Shown piece after piece: positions 43,822 through 53,192 of a stretch of 59,896 nucleotides of DNA; position 1 is the first letter of the stretch, and every line of letters begins with the position of its first letter. The DNA is from a virus (lineage: Duplodnaviria; Caudoviricetes): positions 1-59,896 of IMG/VR virus record IMGVR_UViG_3300020391_000476, one strand, 5' to 3'. Both the position numbers and the translations under genes were made by a program. The notes under the pieces are model-generated. The model saw only the letters and a program-made list of their open reading frames with translations. It did not search any database and had not been told where the DNA came from.

Positions 43822-44949
43822 TTAAGTAGGGTCATACTCAGATATAATAGGCTTTATTGTTATGTTTTTATTTATTGTTAAATAAACATAATATTCACCA
43901 TATTCTTCGTCATACTCTTCATCTAAATCTTGTATTTGATTTTTTATATCATTTCCGTTTTCGTCTACGTAAGTAAATTCATCTATTTTGTATTTTGGTA
44001 CACCGTCATAATCTCCGTCGTGTTCTATAGAGTTATATCTAAATACATATTCACCGTCTTCGTCTGTGTATTCACTAATAAAAAACGATGCCTCAAGTTC
44101 TTCTCCATATGAAAAAGAATCAAAATCTCCTTCTACAATAACCACTGTTTCCTCTTCCACGGAATCATCTTCTAGTGCAAAGGGTATTCCATCTGATTCA
44201 CTTAAATTAAAATCTAATTCAACGGCTTGAAAATCTGCTATAGCAATCATGTTGTCTCTGTCTATTTTTATAGTAGTTTCAATAGAATATTTATCTGCTA
44301 TTTTTATGCCTATCCATTCTGTAAACTCGTGTGAGTCCGTATTAATTGCTTTAATTGGAGCGTCAGATAAGTAATCTTTTAACCCAGATAAAGTCTCATC
44401 AACCAAGCCTATTGGATCTCCGTTTTCATCAACCACGCTGCTTAGTGATAAATTAAACTTTGCAGGTTCGAAATTTGCATTTATAGTTATGTTTTTTTCA
44501 AGTAGTATGGATTGAACAGCAAGGCTTGGGTCTACAAAAGTATAATCATCAGAATCCCAACCTGTAAATACGTAACCAAAATCGACATTTAGCTCTATAT
44601 CTAAAAGATCTCCTAAAAAACCTCTTAAAGTTCCTATTACAGATCCATGGTCTGAATTAACAATAATTCCCAAAGTATCATGTATCTCGCACACATTGGT
44701 TGCGCATAATGTCAGCCTGCCTTCAAAATCTCTAGAATAAGCTGCGTAGGCCCAAACGCCAGGTCCCTCCACTTCATCTATGTATTGAGTTACAGTTAGA
44801 TCTCCTGTTTCAAATACTAGCTCCTCGTTATACAAGAAATCGCAGCCTCTAATGTTTTTTCCCTTAAACAACATAATTGCTTGTACATCACTTGTATGCA
44901 AAGGAATATCCCAATCCGCCAAAAGTTGATATTTAAAGTTATTACTCAT
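43822..44949 (-). CDS. Acidic protein with an FN3-like N-terminus and InlB B-repeat-like domains
   Basis: GYVFTGW...NITINANF, HEFTEW...ADF, NITIKPI. The N-terminus resembles that of the upstream 2243-aa protein. Confidence 0.7.
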   Translation of the reverse strand: MSNNFKYQLLADWDIPLHTSDVQAIMLFKGKNIRGCDFLYNEELVFETGDLTVTQYIDEVEGPGVWAYAAYSRDFEGRLTLCATNVCEIHDTLGIIVNSDHGSVIGTLRGFLGDLLDIELNVDFGYVFTGWDSDDYTFVDPSLAVQSILLEKNITINANFEPAKFNLSLSSVVDENGDPIGLVDETLSGLKDYLSDAPIKAINTDSHEFTEWIGIKIADKYSIETTIKIDRDNMIAIADFQAVELDFNLSESDGIPFALEDDSVEEETVVIVEGDFDSFSYGEELEASFFISEYTDEDGEYVFRYNSIEHDGDYDGVPKYKIDEFTYVDENGNDIKNQIQDLDEEYDEEYGEYYVYLTINKNITIKPIISEYDPT

Positions 44950-47900
44950 TATGCTTGAGGAGGTATTTCTAATACAAAAAATGATTCGTCTGCTGATATA
45001 GCTATTTTTGTCGCAGTCCCAGAATCTCTTGTGTCAAAAACAACAGCTTTACCAAAGAAATCAGGTTCTGACATATATATTTTATTCCAATAATCAAAGT
45101 TTTCTGAAGTGGAATTCCATTTATATATAAAAACTGTTTTTTCGCTTGGTGCGGATATAGCCAAATAGTCTCCTTCAAAAGCTATGTCGTAAGCAAAACC
45201 CAATCTTCCATTAGCAGTTGTTTGAAAGTCTGATGGTATTGTTATTGATTGAACATTTTCGTATTCAAACCAATCATATGTTGATGATGAATAATTTATG
45301 GTTATAGGTCTTCTGAGTAATACCTTAACCTCAGCAGGTTTGTCTGTTCTTCCAATACCCAGGGTTGGATTCGAATCTCTAGAGTTACTAATAACTGCTA
45401 TTGATCCGTCTGGGGATAACTTTACTTTTTTTCCATAATCACTGTTTGTGTTGTAGTCTCTTCCAAAATCTATTACTGGTTCCTGATCCACATCTAATGA
45501 TGGTGAATTCCATGCGCCTCGATAATTCATATAATCTTGAAATGTAGCTGGATTTTTTACAGAAGATGTATCGCTTGGATCTCTTAAACCTATACCCATT
45601 TTCATTATTGTTCCGTTTTCTTCATAAACACCTATGATCTTAGTTATAGATGTTTGTCGAAGCCAACCAGTATAAGTTAAATCTGAATTAGAAGGCCTCC
45701 ATACAGATGTAATAGCTACGAATATAGGATTTGTTGCAGAAGACGTATCTAATGTTGGGCTATCTCTGGATACATCAATAGATCTTCCAAATTGAGAGAA
45801 TGATCCATCGGTAGACTGACCGCCTATATCGGTTGAGCCAAGATTAAATGTTATATAATTTAAATCTCCTTTTCCGTGATCTTGGTCGTCCCAATCTTCT
45901 TCTGTATATTGGGCTATAGCTGTATTATTTGCGTAAGCATTAGGGACTACATGTACTATGTTTGAATCTTCTGGGGCAACATTAGGTGCGAATAAGGGGA
46001 TTGTTTGCCCGTACTGAGGGTCCCGATTAGCACCTGTTACATTAGAAGTTGAAGGCAGAAAATTATCCACGCTACTTGGACAAGAATAAGCTACAAAATT
46101 TTTAGCAATACATATTGAATGCCCGAAGAAAGTTTTTTTACTCTGCCTACTAAAAGTATAATTGATATCTGAAGCATTAGGGGTATGGATTACATTTGTT
46201 CCTGACATTATTCCTATATTTCCGTCGCTGTCTATATTTGAAACTGTTCCTAAAGTAAGGCTGCCATATTCGGTAGACCCAAAAGGTGTATATGTTTCTG
46301 TAGAGAGTCCCGATGTACTCGAGGCTGTTGCTATAGTGGTTTTTAAATAATCCCCTGGGTTTCCACACATTATTTTTGTTCCATCTGGAGAAACAACTAG
46401 CCTGCCTTTGTGCCCTTTTATGAATTCTAGTTGCAATCGTCCCGAGAAGGAGCTAAATATATTTTTAGCGTAGTTAAAATAACTTATTCCTTCAGCACCC
46501 CTATTATCTCTATACCCAGATAGACTTTCTTCGCTGGTAAGTAAAGTTTCTATTTGATTTCCCGAATTATCTTTATTAATTATTCTGATCGCAGCTATAG
46601 GACTCGTCCCATCTTCTATACTACTGTCGGAGTAACCCATTGAACTTGTGTGCCCTGTTACATCTTTTACTCTTGAAACAGTAGGGACATATAAGGAAGA
46701 TAAAACTACTGCGCCTGCATCTTTTGTCATTGCGAGCATATTTCTATCGATTTCTTGACCTCTGTTTCCATCAGAGGAAATAATTGGGAATAATATATTA
46801 CCTCCACCATCTCTAGGCAGCGGTATAGCCTCCAGATATAACTCTATGGTAGTATCTCCTAATATATTAATGCTTTGGTTTTGTTCGTTTGAGTTAAAAT
46901 TTGTAGGAGTGGTGCCGCTGGTCACGCTCCATCTTGTAAATTTGTAACCTTGATTGGGGGTAGCTGCTATATTTGCTACTTCATTATACAAGTAAGTTCC
47001 AGCTCCTGCAGCTGAACCCCAACTTGAATCATTTATAATAATAGTAAGCGTATAAGGTGTTCCTATGAATACTGGCCTTATTTTAGTATCCCCAGTTAAC
47101 CTTATAGTGTCCGAAGCTGAACCATTAAAGTCTTGCCAATTATTCGCAGAAACTTCATATTCCCATTTTGAAAATTGAAAATTAGAGTTTGCATTTGCTT
47201 GTAATGTGATATCTTGAAAAGCATTGTAGCTTCCATTGTTTGTGCTTCCAGAAGTGTTTCCATTGGCTCCCTGAATAATAGTAAAAGAATATAACTTGAA
47301 GCTAAAGTTGGCCTCCAGAGCTACATCACTTTCTATTTGTATATTAGAAGATGATGCAGAAGGAATATTTCCTTTTAAATTTCCTGAAATTAAACTCCAA
47401 TTGTCAAAATTAAGATGATTTGGTGGGGTAACGCTTAATGATATTAAATCGTCCAAAAAATATGGCCCAGTATTACTTGGACTATAAGTAAAATCAGGCG
47501 CACTTTGAGGGTATGTTGTAGGATAGCCTGCTGTTATTGATAACTCATATCCCTGATACACTATGTAATCGATAGTAACATCATCTGTTAGATTAATTGT
47601 TGTTCCTTCAGGCCAAACCGTTGAAGGTTCTGAGGATAAAGCACTTGCGGTACCTTGCGTTATTTCCCAGCTTTGAAATTCTTGATTATTGGGTACACTA
47701 ATTGATGGTATAGTTATTGCACTATTTCCTTCTATTACATTTTGAGTATACTCATTTACAGGCGATCCGTTGTCCACTATTTTCCTGATAGTAAAGACAT
47801 AACTCTCTAGAGCTCTTAAGTAAAAACTTAATATAGTATCTTCATTTATAGTTATTTCTTGATCGTCTGTATTGTTCTTGTCAAAAGATTGGCTTCCTGA

Positions 47901-50900
47901 TTCTACTACTGTATCTATAGTGTATCCATTCAGAGATGGCCACTCCACATTTACATCAACCGTTCCTCCTTCGTTTATTGTTTCAAGAAGAGTTGTTTCA
48001 GCTATACTCATTGATTGGTCTAATATTCCTCCAACATAAACGTTTTTAGTGAATTTGATTTCTTTCTTAAATGTAGCTATCAGCGTTAAGTCGCCATATA
48101 AAGATAAATTAAAACTTGAGCCTCCACTAAAAGCCGAACCAGCTACTACTCCTGTTGCTTGAGAAGATACTATTTCCCATTGGTAAAACTGATACCCGCT
48201 GGATGCCAGGTGCTCTATCGTTACATTTTCTGTGGCATTTAATGTTTTAGAAACACTGGCGCTTTTTGATTCGCTTAAAAATCCTACGGTTCCTTGGTTT
48301 GTCTCTGATTGCAATGTTAGTACGTATTGCGATTCTTCGTACACAGCTTCTATTTCTGTGTCTTCAGTTATTCTTATTGTAGAAGAATTTGAGCTTAAGT
48401 TTGAACCGCTGCCTAATGATCCAGCCACTAATCTCCAATTTAAAAAAGAAAAATTATTTATATTTGAAGCATTAAGAGTTGGTGTGGTTTCTATATTGAT
48501 ATCTTCTGTAGATAAATATCCTCCTGCGCCAGAAAGCGAACCTGCTCCAGGGATATTTATAGAAAGAGAAAGAACAAAAACCTTTTCTACTTTGACTATA
48601 ACATCATAATCCCTGTCCATTGCAAATTCTTGATTTGAAGATGTTAACGTTGACTGTGTTGCTCCTCCATTTATAGTCATGCTTAAAAATCTGTAACCAA
48701 TATTAATTGATGATTCTATGTCTATTGTAACGTCAGAATTTTCAGTATAAAGGCTGCTTGTGCTTACATCGTTTGCATCTGGATATTCTATTGTAATGTT
48801 AAGGTTATACCTATTTTCAAAAATCGCCTCTAATTCAAGATCTCCATAATCAGCTAAATTAATAGATGTATCTTGACTCGTTGAGAACAAATCTCCATTC
48901 GATTTTCTCCATTCTTTAAAAACATTTTTTATAGGGTCAATAGGTTCTGCTTTTAGAGATATTGATTCTAATGTATTATATTGACCGTCAAGTGATGTAC
49001 CCACGATAGTTCCTCTCGAAGAATCTACTGTGGTAGAAAAATTATACAATACATAATCTAAGTGAGCTGTTATAGTTACATCTCCAGAGATTTTTATAGT
49101 ATTTGATGTTTGATTGTTTATTAATCCAGTAACCAGACTTGAATTTGTAGTGCTATAATCATTTAAAAATTGATAAGTAGGTATGGCGGCATTAGCATTG
49201 TTTAATGAAAGCTCGATATCTATATTTTCCGTGCTTCTGAAAAAATCATTAGTATCTCCATGTGAAAAACTTGCTGCACCAGGCAAGTCTATCAATAATG
49301 TTAGTTCATTACTTCTTAACGCATGAAATTTTATGATTGAATTTTCAACAAGATCTATTGTTTTATCTCCAAAAACTTCTGGTTGATTTATGGTAACGTT
49401 GCCACTTTCCACTTCCCACCTATCAAATTCATGTCCAACTGAAATATTTAATGGGCTCACGGTTATTGAACTTGGTTCATTTTCTTTTCTTGAGTAAGTA
49501 ACCTGCTTTGAAGTATCTTCTACTCCGCCTTCAATATATTTTACCGTTAATACATATACAGCTAAGAAGTAAGCCTTTAAACTTAGATTTCCATAATTTC
49601 CTAAAGTGAAGTTTGTTAAAGAAAAATTAGCTCCAGCAATTAAACTGTAGTCAGAGGAAACGACTTCCCATCTGTCAAATATACTGCCTCCTTTAGGAGA
49701 AGTAGATATTGTGATGCTTTCAAATACATCATAATCAGGCCCACCAGTTTTAGATACAGTTCCTTTAGAGTTATCTTCGCTTGATACTGTTAATGTATAT
49801 TCAATAGTTTCTACATTTGCTGTTATGGTTGTGTCTTCTACGATACTCACTGTCCCAGATTTAGCGCTTGGAAGACTAAGACTTTGAGAGCTTTGCCAAT
49901 TAAGGAAATTATAAGCTGGAGCAACCGTAGGATTATTTAGTGTGACTGATATACTTATATTTTCATGGCTTCTAAAAACGTAATCACCTTCGCCTGTTAA
50001 ATTAACGGCGGATGGAATATTTGATGTTAATATTAAAGAATAAACTTCAAGCACATATAACTTTACTGTGGCATCATCATCTAGAGTATGTGATAAGTTT
50101 TCACTTGTATATTCTGGCTGATCTGAAGGCAGATCAACAACCCATTTTTCAAATTGATATTTTCCAGCAGGTTTTACAGTTTCATAATTTAAAGAGAGCT
50201 GATTATTTACTTCATCGTATCCATTGTTAAGTGGGGTCAGAGAGCTGACACTTGGAATAATTCTGTTTACCCCAGTATAAAAAATCTGTAAGTAAACAGT
50301 GAAAAATTTTATAAATACAGCATGCAATTCGGCATCGCTTAATATACTAATAGAAGAATTTGCCGAAGATGCTCCAGTTACATTTCCTGCTATCAACTCC
50401 CATCCATCAAACCGATGAGAACTATTTGCGGCTGCTGTTATGTCAAAAGGGTTATTAATGCTTTCTATATTTGCAGTTATAGTATTACCAGAGGTGGATT
50501 GATCAGTTGCATTAATTGAGATTGAACCTCTTGCGCTTGATCCTGCTATACCATTCGGTCCCATTATCTTTAAAGCAATTTGAAAAACTTTTGTAAAAAA
50601 AGCTTTTAAATTTACATTACCTTTTATCTTTAAATCGTTGTAAGTTATAGGGTCTAAAGAGGTGAGGCCTTCTGGAACAGATTCTGGATCACCTTCTCTT
50701 ATTTTGCTAGAACCTCGAGTTATTGTCCAACCTTTAAATTTTGTTTTTTCTGAGATAGGTTTTGCAACCAAAGCAATGTCATCAAAGCACGAATATTCTC
50801 CTTCCCCGCTTACTTCTCCTATTTCTGGAATATTGCTTGAAAGTTTTAATTCTGATATTTTTTCTTTGTAACTAGCGCTTAGCACATAATTTTGATCTAC

Positions 50901-51680
50901 TAATATTTTTGTGCTAGATTTGTTTGGGTCATATTCTTCTTGACCGTAAGGATCTGCATTTCCTTCTGCTGTATATTTATCAAACTCATAACAGTCTTTT
51001 TTGTCTCCTCCTATAGGGGAACTTATATTTTTTAGCTTTCCAGCTTTTAAATTTTTATAAACTTTTTCTCCATTTTTAGTATCTCTAAAATAATTACCAT
51101 CCCTTTTTATGGTTATTGTATATTTTTGTTTGTGACAAACGACTGATATTTCGGTGTCCTCTGTTATTGTTATAGTAGGCGCTCCTTTTTCCCAGAATGC
51201 TCTAAAATTTACCAAATTAAATATGTAAACGTTTTTAATAGCATATCCTTCTGATAAATTGGGTATAACTAAATCTCTTAAATTTAAATCTGATCCTTTT
51301 ACGACTGTTTGGGTATATTTTAAATCGTTCCCATCTTCTTGGGCTACTCCAAAATTTTGAACCGTTGCTTGGTTTTTGTCTGTTATTATGGTGACATCAA
51401 CATTGTCATTATATTGATAAACAAAAGTTGCACATTCTGATATTTCACCGCTATGAGACTCGACAAAAGCTGAGTACCTATAAATTCCTTTATCTTTTAT
51501 TTCGTCTATATAATTATTTTGAAAAGGTGCCGTTGAGTCTTTTAACAATACAGAGCCTGTATTGATTACATCTTGGCAACTTTTATTTTGGTTTGGATCT
51601 TCAGCTCTATACAAAATACTGGCCGCAACGTTAGCTAAGTCTGCAGGTAAGTTCCATTTTATTTGAAGCTTTGTGCTCAT
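44949..51680 (-). CDS. Large virion adhesin-like protein: FN3-like N-terminus, about 18 InlB B-repeat-like domains, C-terminal FG-GAP-like beta-propeller
   Basis: Recurring ~80-aa units L.L...G...G.G.Y...I.A....Y.F..W.....D..I.A.F. C-terminal blades FFGHSI, QFGRSI, DYGKKV.LSPDG, GFAYDIAFEGDYLAISAP, FFGKAV. Confidence 0.8.
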   Translation of the reverse strand: MSTKLQIKWNLPADLANVAASILYRAEDPNQNKSCQDVINTGSVLLKDSTAPFQNNYIDEIKDKGIYRYSAFVESHSGEISECATFVYQYNDNVDVTIITDKNQATVQNFGVAQEDGNDLKYTQTVVKGSDLNLRDLVIPNLSEGYAIKNVYIFNLVNFRAFWEKGAPTITITEDTEISVVCHKQKYTITIKRDGNYFRDTKNGEKVYKNLKAGKLKNISSPIGGDKKDCYEFDKYTAEGNADPYGQEEYDPNKSSTKILVDQNYVLSASYKEKISELKLSSNIPEIGEVSGEGEYSCFDDIALVAKPISEKTKFKGWTITRGSSKIREGDPESVPEGLTSLDPITYNDLKIKGNVNLKAFFTKVFQIALKIMGPNGIAGSSARGSISINATDQSTSGNTITANIESINNPFDITAAANSSHRFDGWELIAGNVTGASSANSSISILSDAELHAVFIKFFTVYLQIFYTGVNRIIPSVSSLTPLNNGYDEVNNQLSLNYETVKPAGKYQFEKWVVDLPSDQPEYTSENLSHTLDDDATVKLYVLEVYSLILTSNIPSAVNLTGEGDYVFRSHENISISVTLNNPTVAPAYNFLNWQSSQSLSLPSAKSGTVSIVEDTTITANVETIEYTLTVSSEDNSKGTVSKTGGPDYDVFESITISTSPKGGSIFDRWEVVSSDYSLIAGANFSLTNFTLGNYGNLSLKAYFLAVYVLTVKYIEGGVEDTSKQVTYSRKENEPSSITVSPLNISVGHEFDRWEVESGNVTINQPEVFGDKTIDLVENSIIKFHALRSNELTLLIDLPGAASFSHGDTNDFFRSTENIDIELSLNNANAAIPTYQFLNDYSTTNSSLVTGLINNQTSNTIKISGDVTITAHLDYVLYNFSTTVDSSRGTIVGTSLDGQYNTLESISLKAEPIDPIKNVFKEWRKSNGDLFSTSQDTSINLADYGDLELEAIFENRYNLNITIEYPDANDVSTSSLYTENSDVTIDIESSINIGYRFLSMTINGGATQSTLTSSNQEFAMDRDYDVIVKVEKVFVLSLSINIPGAGSLSGAGGYLSTEDINIETTPTLNASNINNFSFLNWRLVAGSLGSGSNLSSNSSTIRITEDTEIEAVYEESQYVLTLQSETNQGTVGFLSESKSASVSKTLNATENVTIEHLASSGYQFYQWEIVSSQATGVVAGSAFSGGSSFNLSLYGDLTLIATFKKEIKFTKNVYVGGILDQSMSIAETTLLETINEGGTVDVNVEWPSLNGYTIDTVVESGSQSFDKNNTDDQEITINEDTILSFYLRALESYVFTIRKIVDNGSPVNEYTQNVIEGNSAITIPSISVPNNQEFQSWEITQGTASALSSEPSTVWPEGTTINLTDDVTIDYIVYQGYELSITAGYPTTYPQSAPDFTYSPSNTGPYFLDDLISLSVTPPNHLNFDNWSLISGNLKGNIPSASSSNIQIESDVALEANFSFKLYSFTIIQGANGNTSGSTNNGSYNAFQDITLQANANSNFQFSKWEYEVSANNWQDFNGSASDTIRLTGDTKIRPVFIGTPYTLTIIINDSSWGSAAGAGTYLYNEVANIAATPNQGYKFTRWSVTSGTTPTNFNSNEQNQSINILGDTTIELYLEAIPLPRDGGGNILFPIISSDGNRGQEIDRNMLAMTKDAGAVVLSSLYVPTVSRVKDVTGHTSSMGYSDSSIEDGTSPIAAIRIINKDNSGNQIETLLTSEESLSGYRDNRGAEGISYFNYAKNIFSSFSGRLQLEFIKGHKGRLVVSPDGTKIMCGNPGDYLKTTIATASSTSGLSTETYTPFGSTEYGSLTLGTVSNIDSDGNIGIMSGTNVIHTPNASDINYTFSRQSKKTFFGHSICIAKNFVAYSCPSSVDNFLPSTSNVTGANRDPQYGQTIPLFAPNVAPEDSNIVHVVPNAYANNTAIAQYTEEDWDDQDHGKGDLNYITFNLGSTDIGGQSTDGSFSQFGRSIDVSRDSPTLDTSSATNPIFVAITSVWRPSNSDLTYTGWLRQTSITKIIGVYEENGTIMKMGIGLRDPSDTSSVKNPATFQDYMNYRGAWNSPSLDVDQEPVIDFGRDYNTNSDYGKKVKLSPDGSIAVISNSRDSNPTLGIGRTDKPAEVKVLLRRPITINYSSSTYDWFEYENVQSITIPSDFQTTANGRLGFAYDIAFEGDYLAISAPSEKTVFIYKWNSTSENFDYWNKIYMSEPDFFGKAVVFDTRDSGTATKIAISADESFFVLEIPPQA

Positions 51681-51682
51681 TT

Positions 51683-53125
51683 TTATTCAACTATACCTAT
51701 GTTAGTTGGTGTATCCTTTTCCCCTAAAGGACTAACATTTGAAACTTCCATATTTCTAGGAGAGGACAACATGTCTGGCCCGCATTTTTCAAGCCTGCTA
51801 TTTTCAAATGTTCCATCTATAAAAATTCCCCTATTCTTGCTTATATCAAAAGAAAAACTGCAATCAAATGTTGCATATGAACCTATCGATTCATTTAAAG
51901 TATAGCTGTCTAACTTTGCATTAGATATCGTAAATTTCATATTCGTATCTTTGGCCCAAACAGGCAAGCAGCTTAGCTTACATTGATTATTTAAATCTAT
52001 TTCTATTTGATAAATTTCATCATCGCAGAATATTTCTGAAAATTTACCTTTTTCAAAAGCGCTAGAAATTATAGAAAATGAAATCGTGCCTATTTGTGGG
52101 TATTTTATCTTTCTTCCAAAAACATGCATTGATTGAAATCCTTCCAGGTCTTCCCTTTCAAAAGGTATGCTTATGTCAAAACTTTGTATATGAGCGTAAC
52201 CTTTAGAGCATTCTGCTAAATTATCATCGCTTAAGACTGGCCCTCCTACGTTTATATTTTTAACATTTACAGAAATTCCACCTGGCGGAATAGCTAGGGT
52301 TGCAGCCTTATAAACTTTTGGATCAAATATAAAACCTGAATCTGTTCTTTGGGCCGCATAATTTTTTAAATCCATAGAAGGTGGGTCAACCCCTCCTAGA
52401 TTTCTCACCTCAAACGAATCCGAAGCTTCAAGAAATATTTTCCCTCCATTTTCAAGGATTGCTAAATTTTCTATTTCTTGTTCAGATTCTAATAATACAG
52501 CCTGAATATTGTCTGATATTTGTTGAAATTTTTCTCCCTGCCCTTCTTTGCCTAAGCCAATACAATCATAAGTAACATCAGAAGCCACAATATCAACAGA
52601 TGCTTTTGCAAAATCTCCGACGCTTGCGGAAATTGAATAATTCGTAACAAAACAATTACCTATTCCAATGACATCTAACCCAGAGTATCCATGTTCTCTA
52701 TTAGCATAGCCAGTTAAATCAAAATGTTCTTCTCCTACTACCAAGAAAGCTGTCTTGTCTTCTTGAATATTATTGTGCAAGCTACCGTATTTTCTATCAC
52801 TCACTGGCCTGTCTATTACCCCAAATTCTTCAGTGTATATTATTGGAGATCCGTTTAAGTTAAAGCCTAATACATCTTCTTCGTATCCGTCGGTTAATAA
52901 ATATTCTAAATTTAAATTTACCGAAGCTGCAGAGACTATTTTTCTATCTAGAAAATTATCACTGCCAATGTGTTGTACATTTTGTCTTTGAATGTCTAAA
53001 GATAAAGATGCAGACTGCACTCTATTTAGAAACTTTATAGTCTCATCTTTTGGTTCATACGCAGGAGATTCAGTTAGAAAAACACCCACTGAATTGTACC
53101 TTATAGCATTCCTTGTTCCTGGCAT
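51683..53125 (-). CDS. Tail tube protein paralog (minor)
   Basis: RNAIRYNS..VFL, LNRVQSA....QRQNV, IGNCFVTNYS, AHIQS.DISIP..R..L, AKLDS, collinear with the 520-aa protein. Confidence 0.7.
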   Translation of the reverse strand: MPGTRNAIRYNSVGVFLTESPAYEPKDETIKFLNRVQSASLSLDIQRQNVQHIGSDNFLDRKIVSAASVNLNLEYLLTDGYEEDVLGFNLNGSPIIYTEEFGVIDRPVSDRKYGSLHNNIQEDKTAFLVVGEEHFDLTGYANREHGYSGLDVIGIGNCFVTNYSISASVGDFAKASVDIVASDVTYDCIGLGKEGQGEKFQQISDNIQAVLLESEQEIENLAILENGGKIFLEASDSFEVRNLGGVDPPSMDLKNYAAQRTDSGFIFDPKVYKAATLAIPPGGISVNVKNINVGGPVLSDDNLAECSKGYAHIQSFDISIPFEREDLEGFQSMHVFGRKIKYPQIGTISFSIISSAFEKGKFSEIFCDDEIYQIEIDLNNQCKLSCLPVWAKDTNMKFTISNAKLDSYTLNESIGSYATFDCSFSFDISKNRGIFIDGTFENSRLEKCGPDMLSSPRNMEVSNVSPLGEKDTPTNIGIVE

Positions 53126-53131
53126 ATATAT

Positions 53132-53165
53132 AAATACACCACAGCCCGAAGACTGTGGTGTATTT
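53132..53165 (-). terminator. Strong hairpin with a C(UUCG)G loop after the major tail gene; its 3' arm contains a GTGTA element
   Basis: Minus strand AAATACACCACAGTC-TTCG-GGCTGTGGTGTATTT: 13 perfect pairs plus U-G and C-G. GTGTA (53135-53139) is 9 nt before the ATG at 53125. Confidence 0.8.
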
Positions 53166-53192
53166 TAATTAAATTATTTTAATTTAATAGAA

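Noticed and set aside
30689-43829. Many plus-strand ORFs of 60-188 aa opposite the TMP (e.g. 34086-34619, 36396-36962, 42870-43322, 39893-40339)
   Set aside because: They are antisense shadows of a long coding frame, rich in Phe/Ser/Leu, with no recognisable motifs or start signals.
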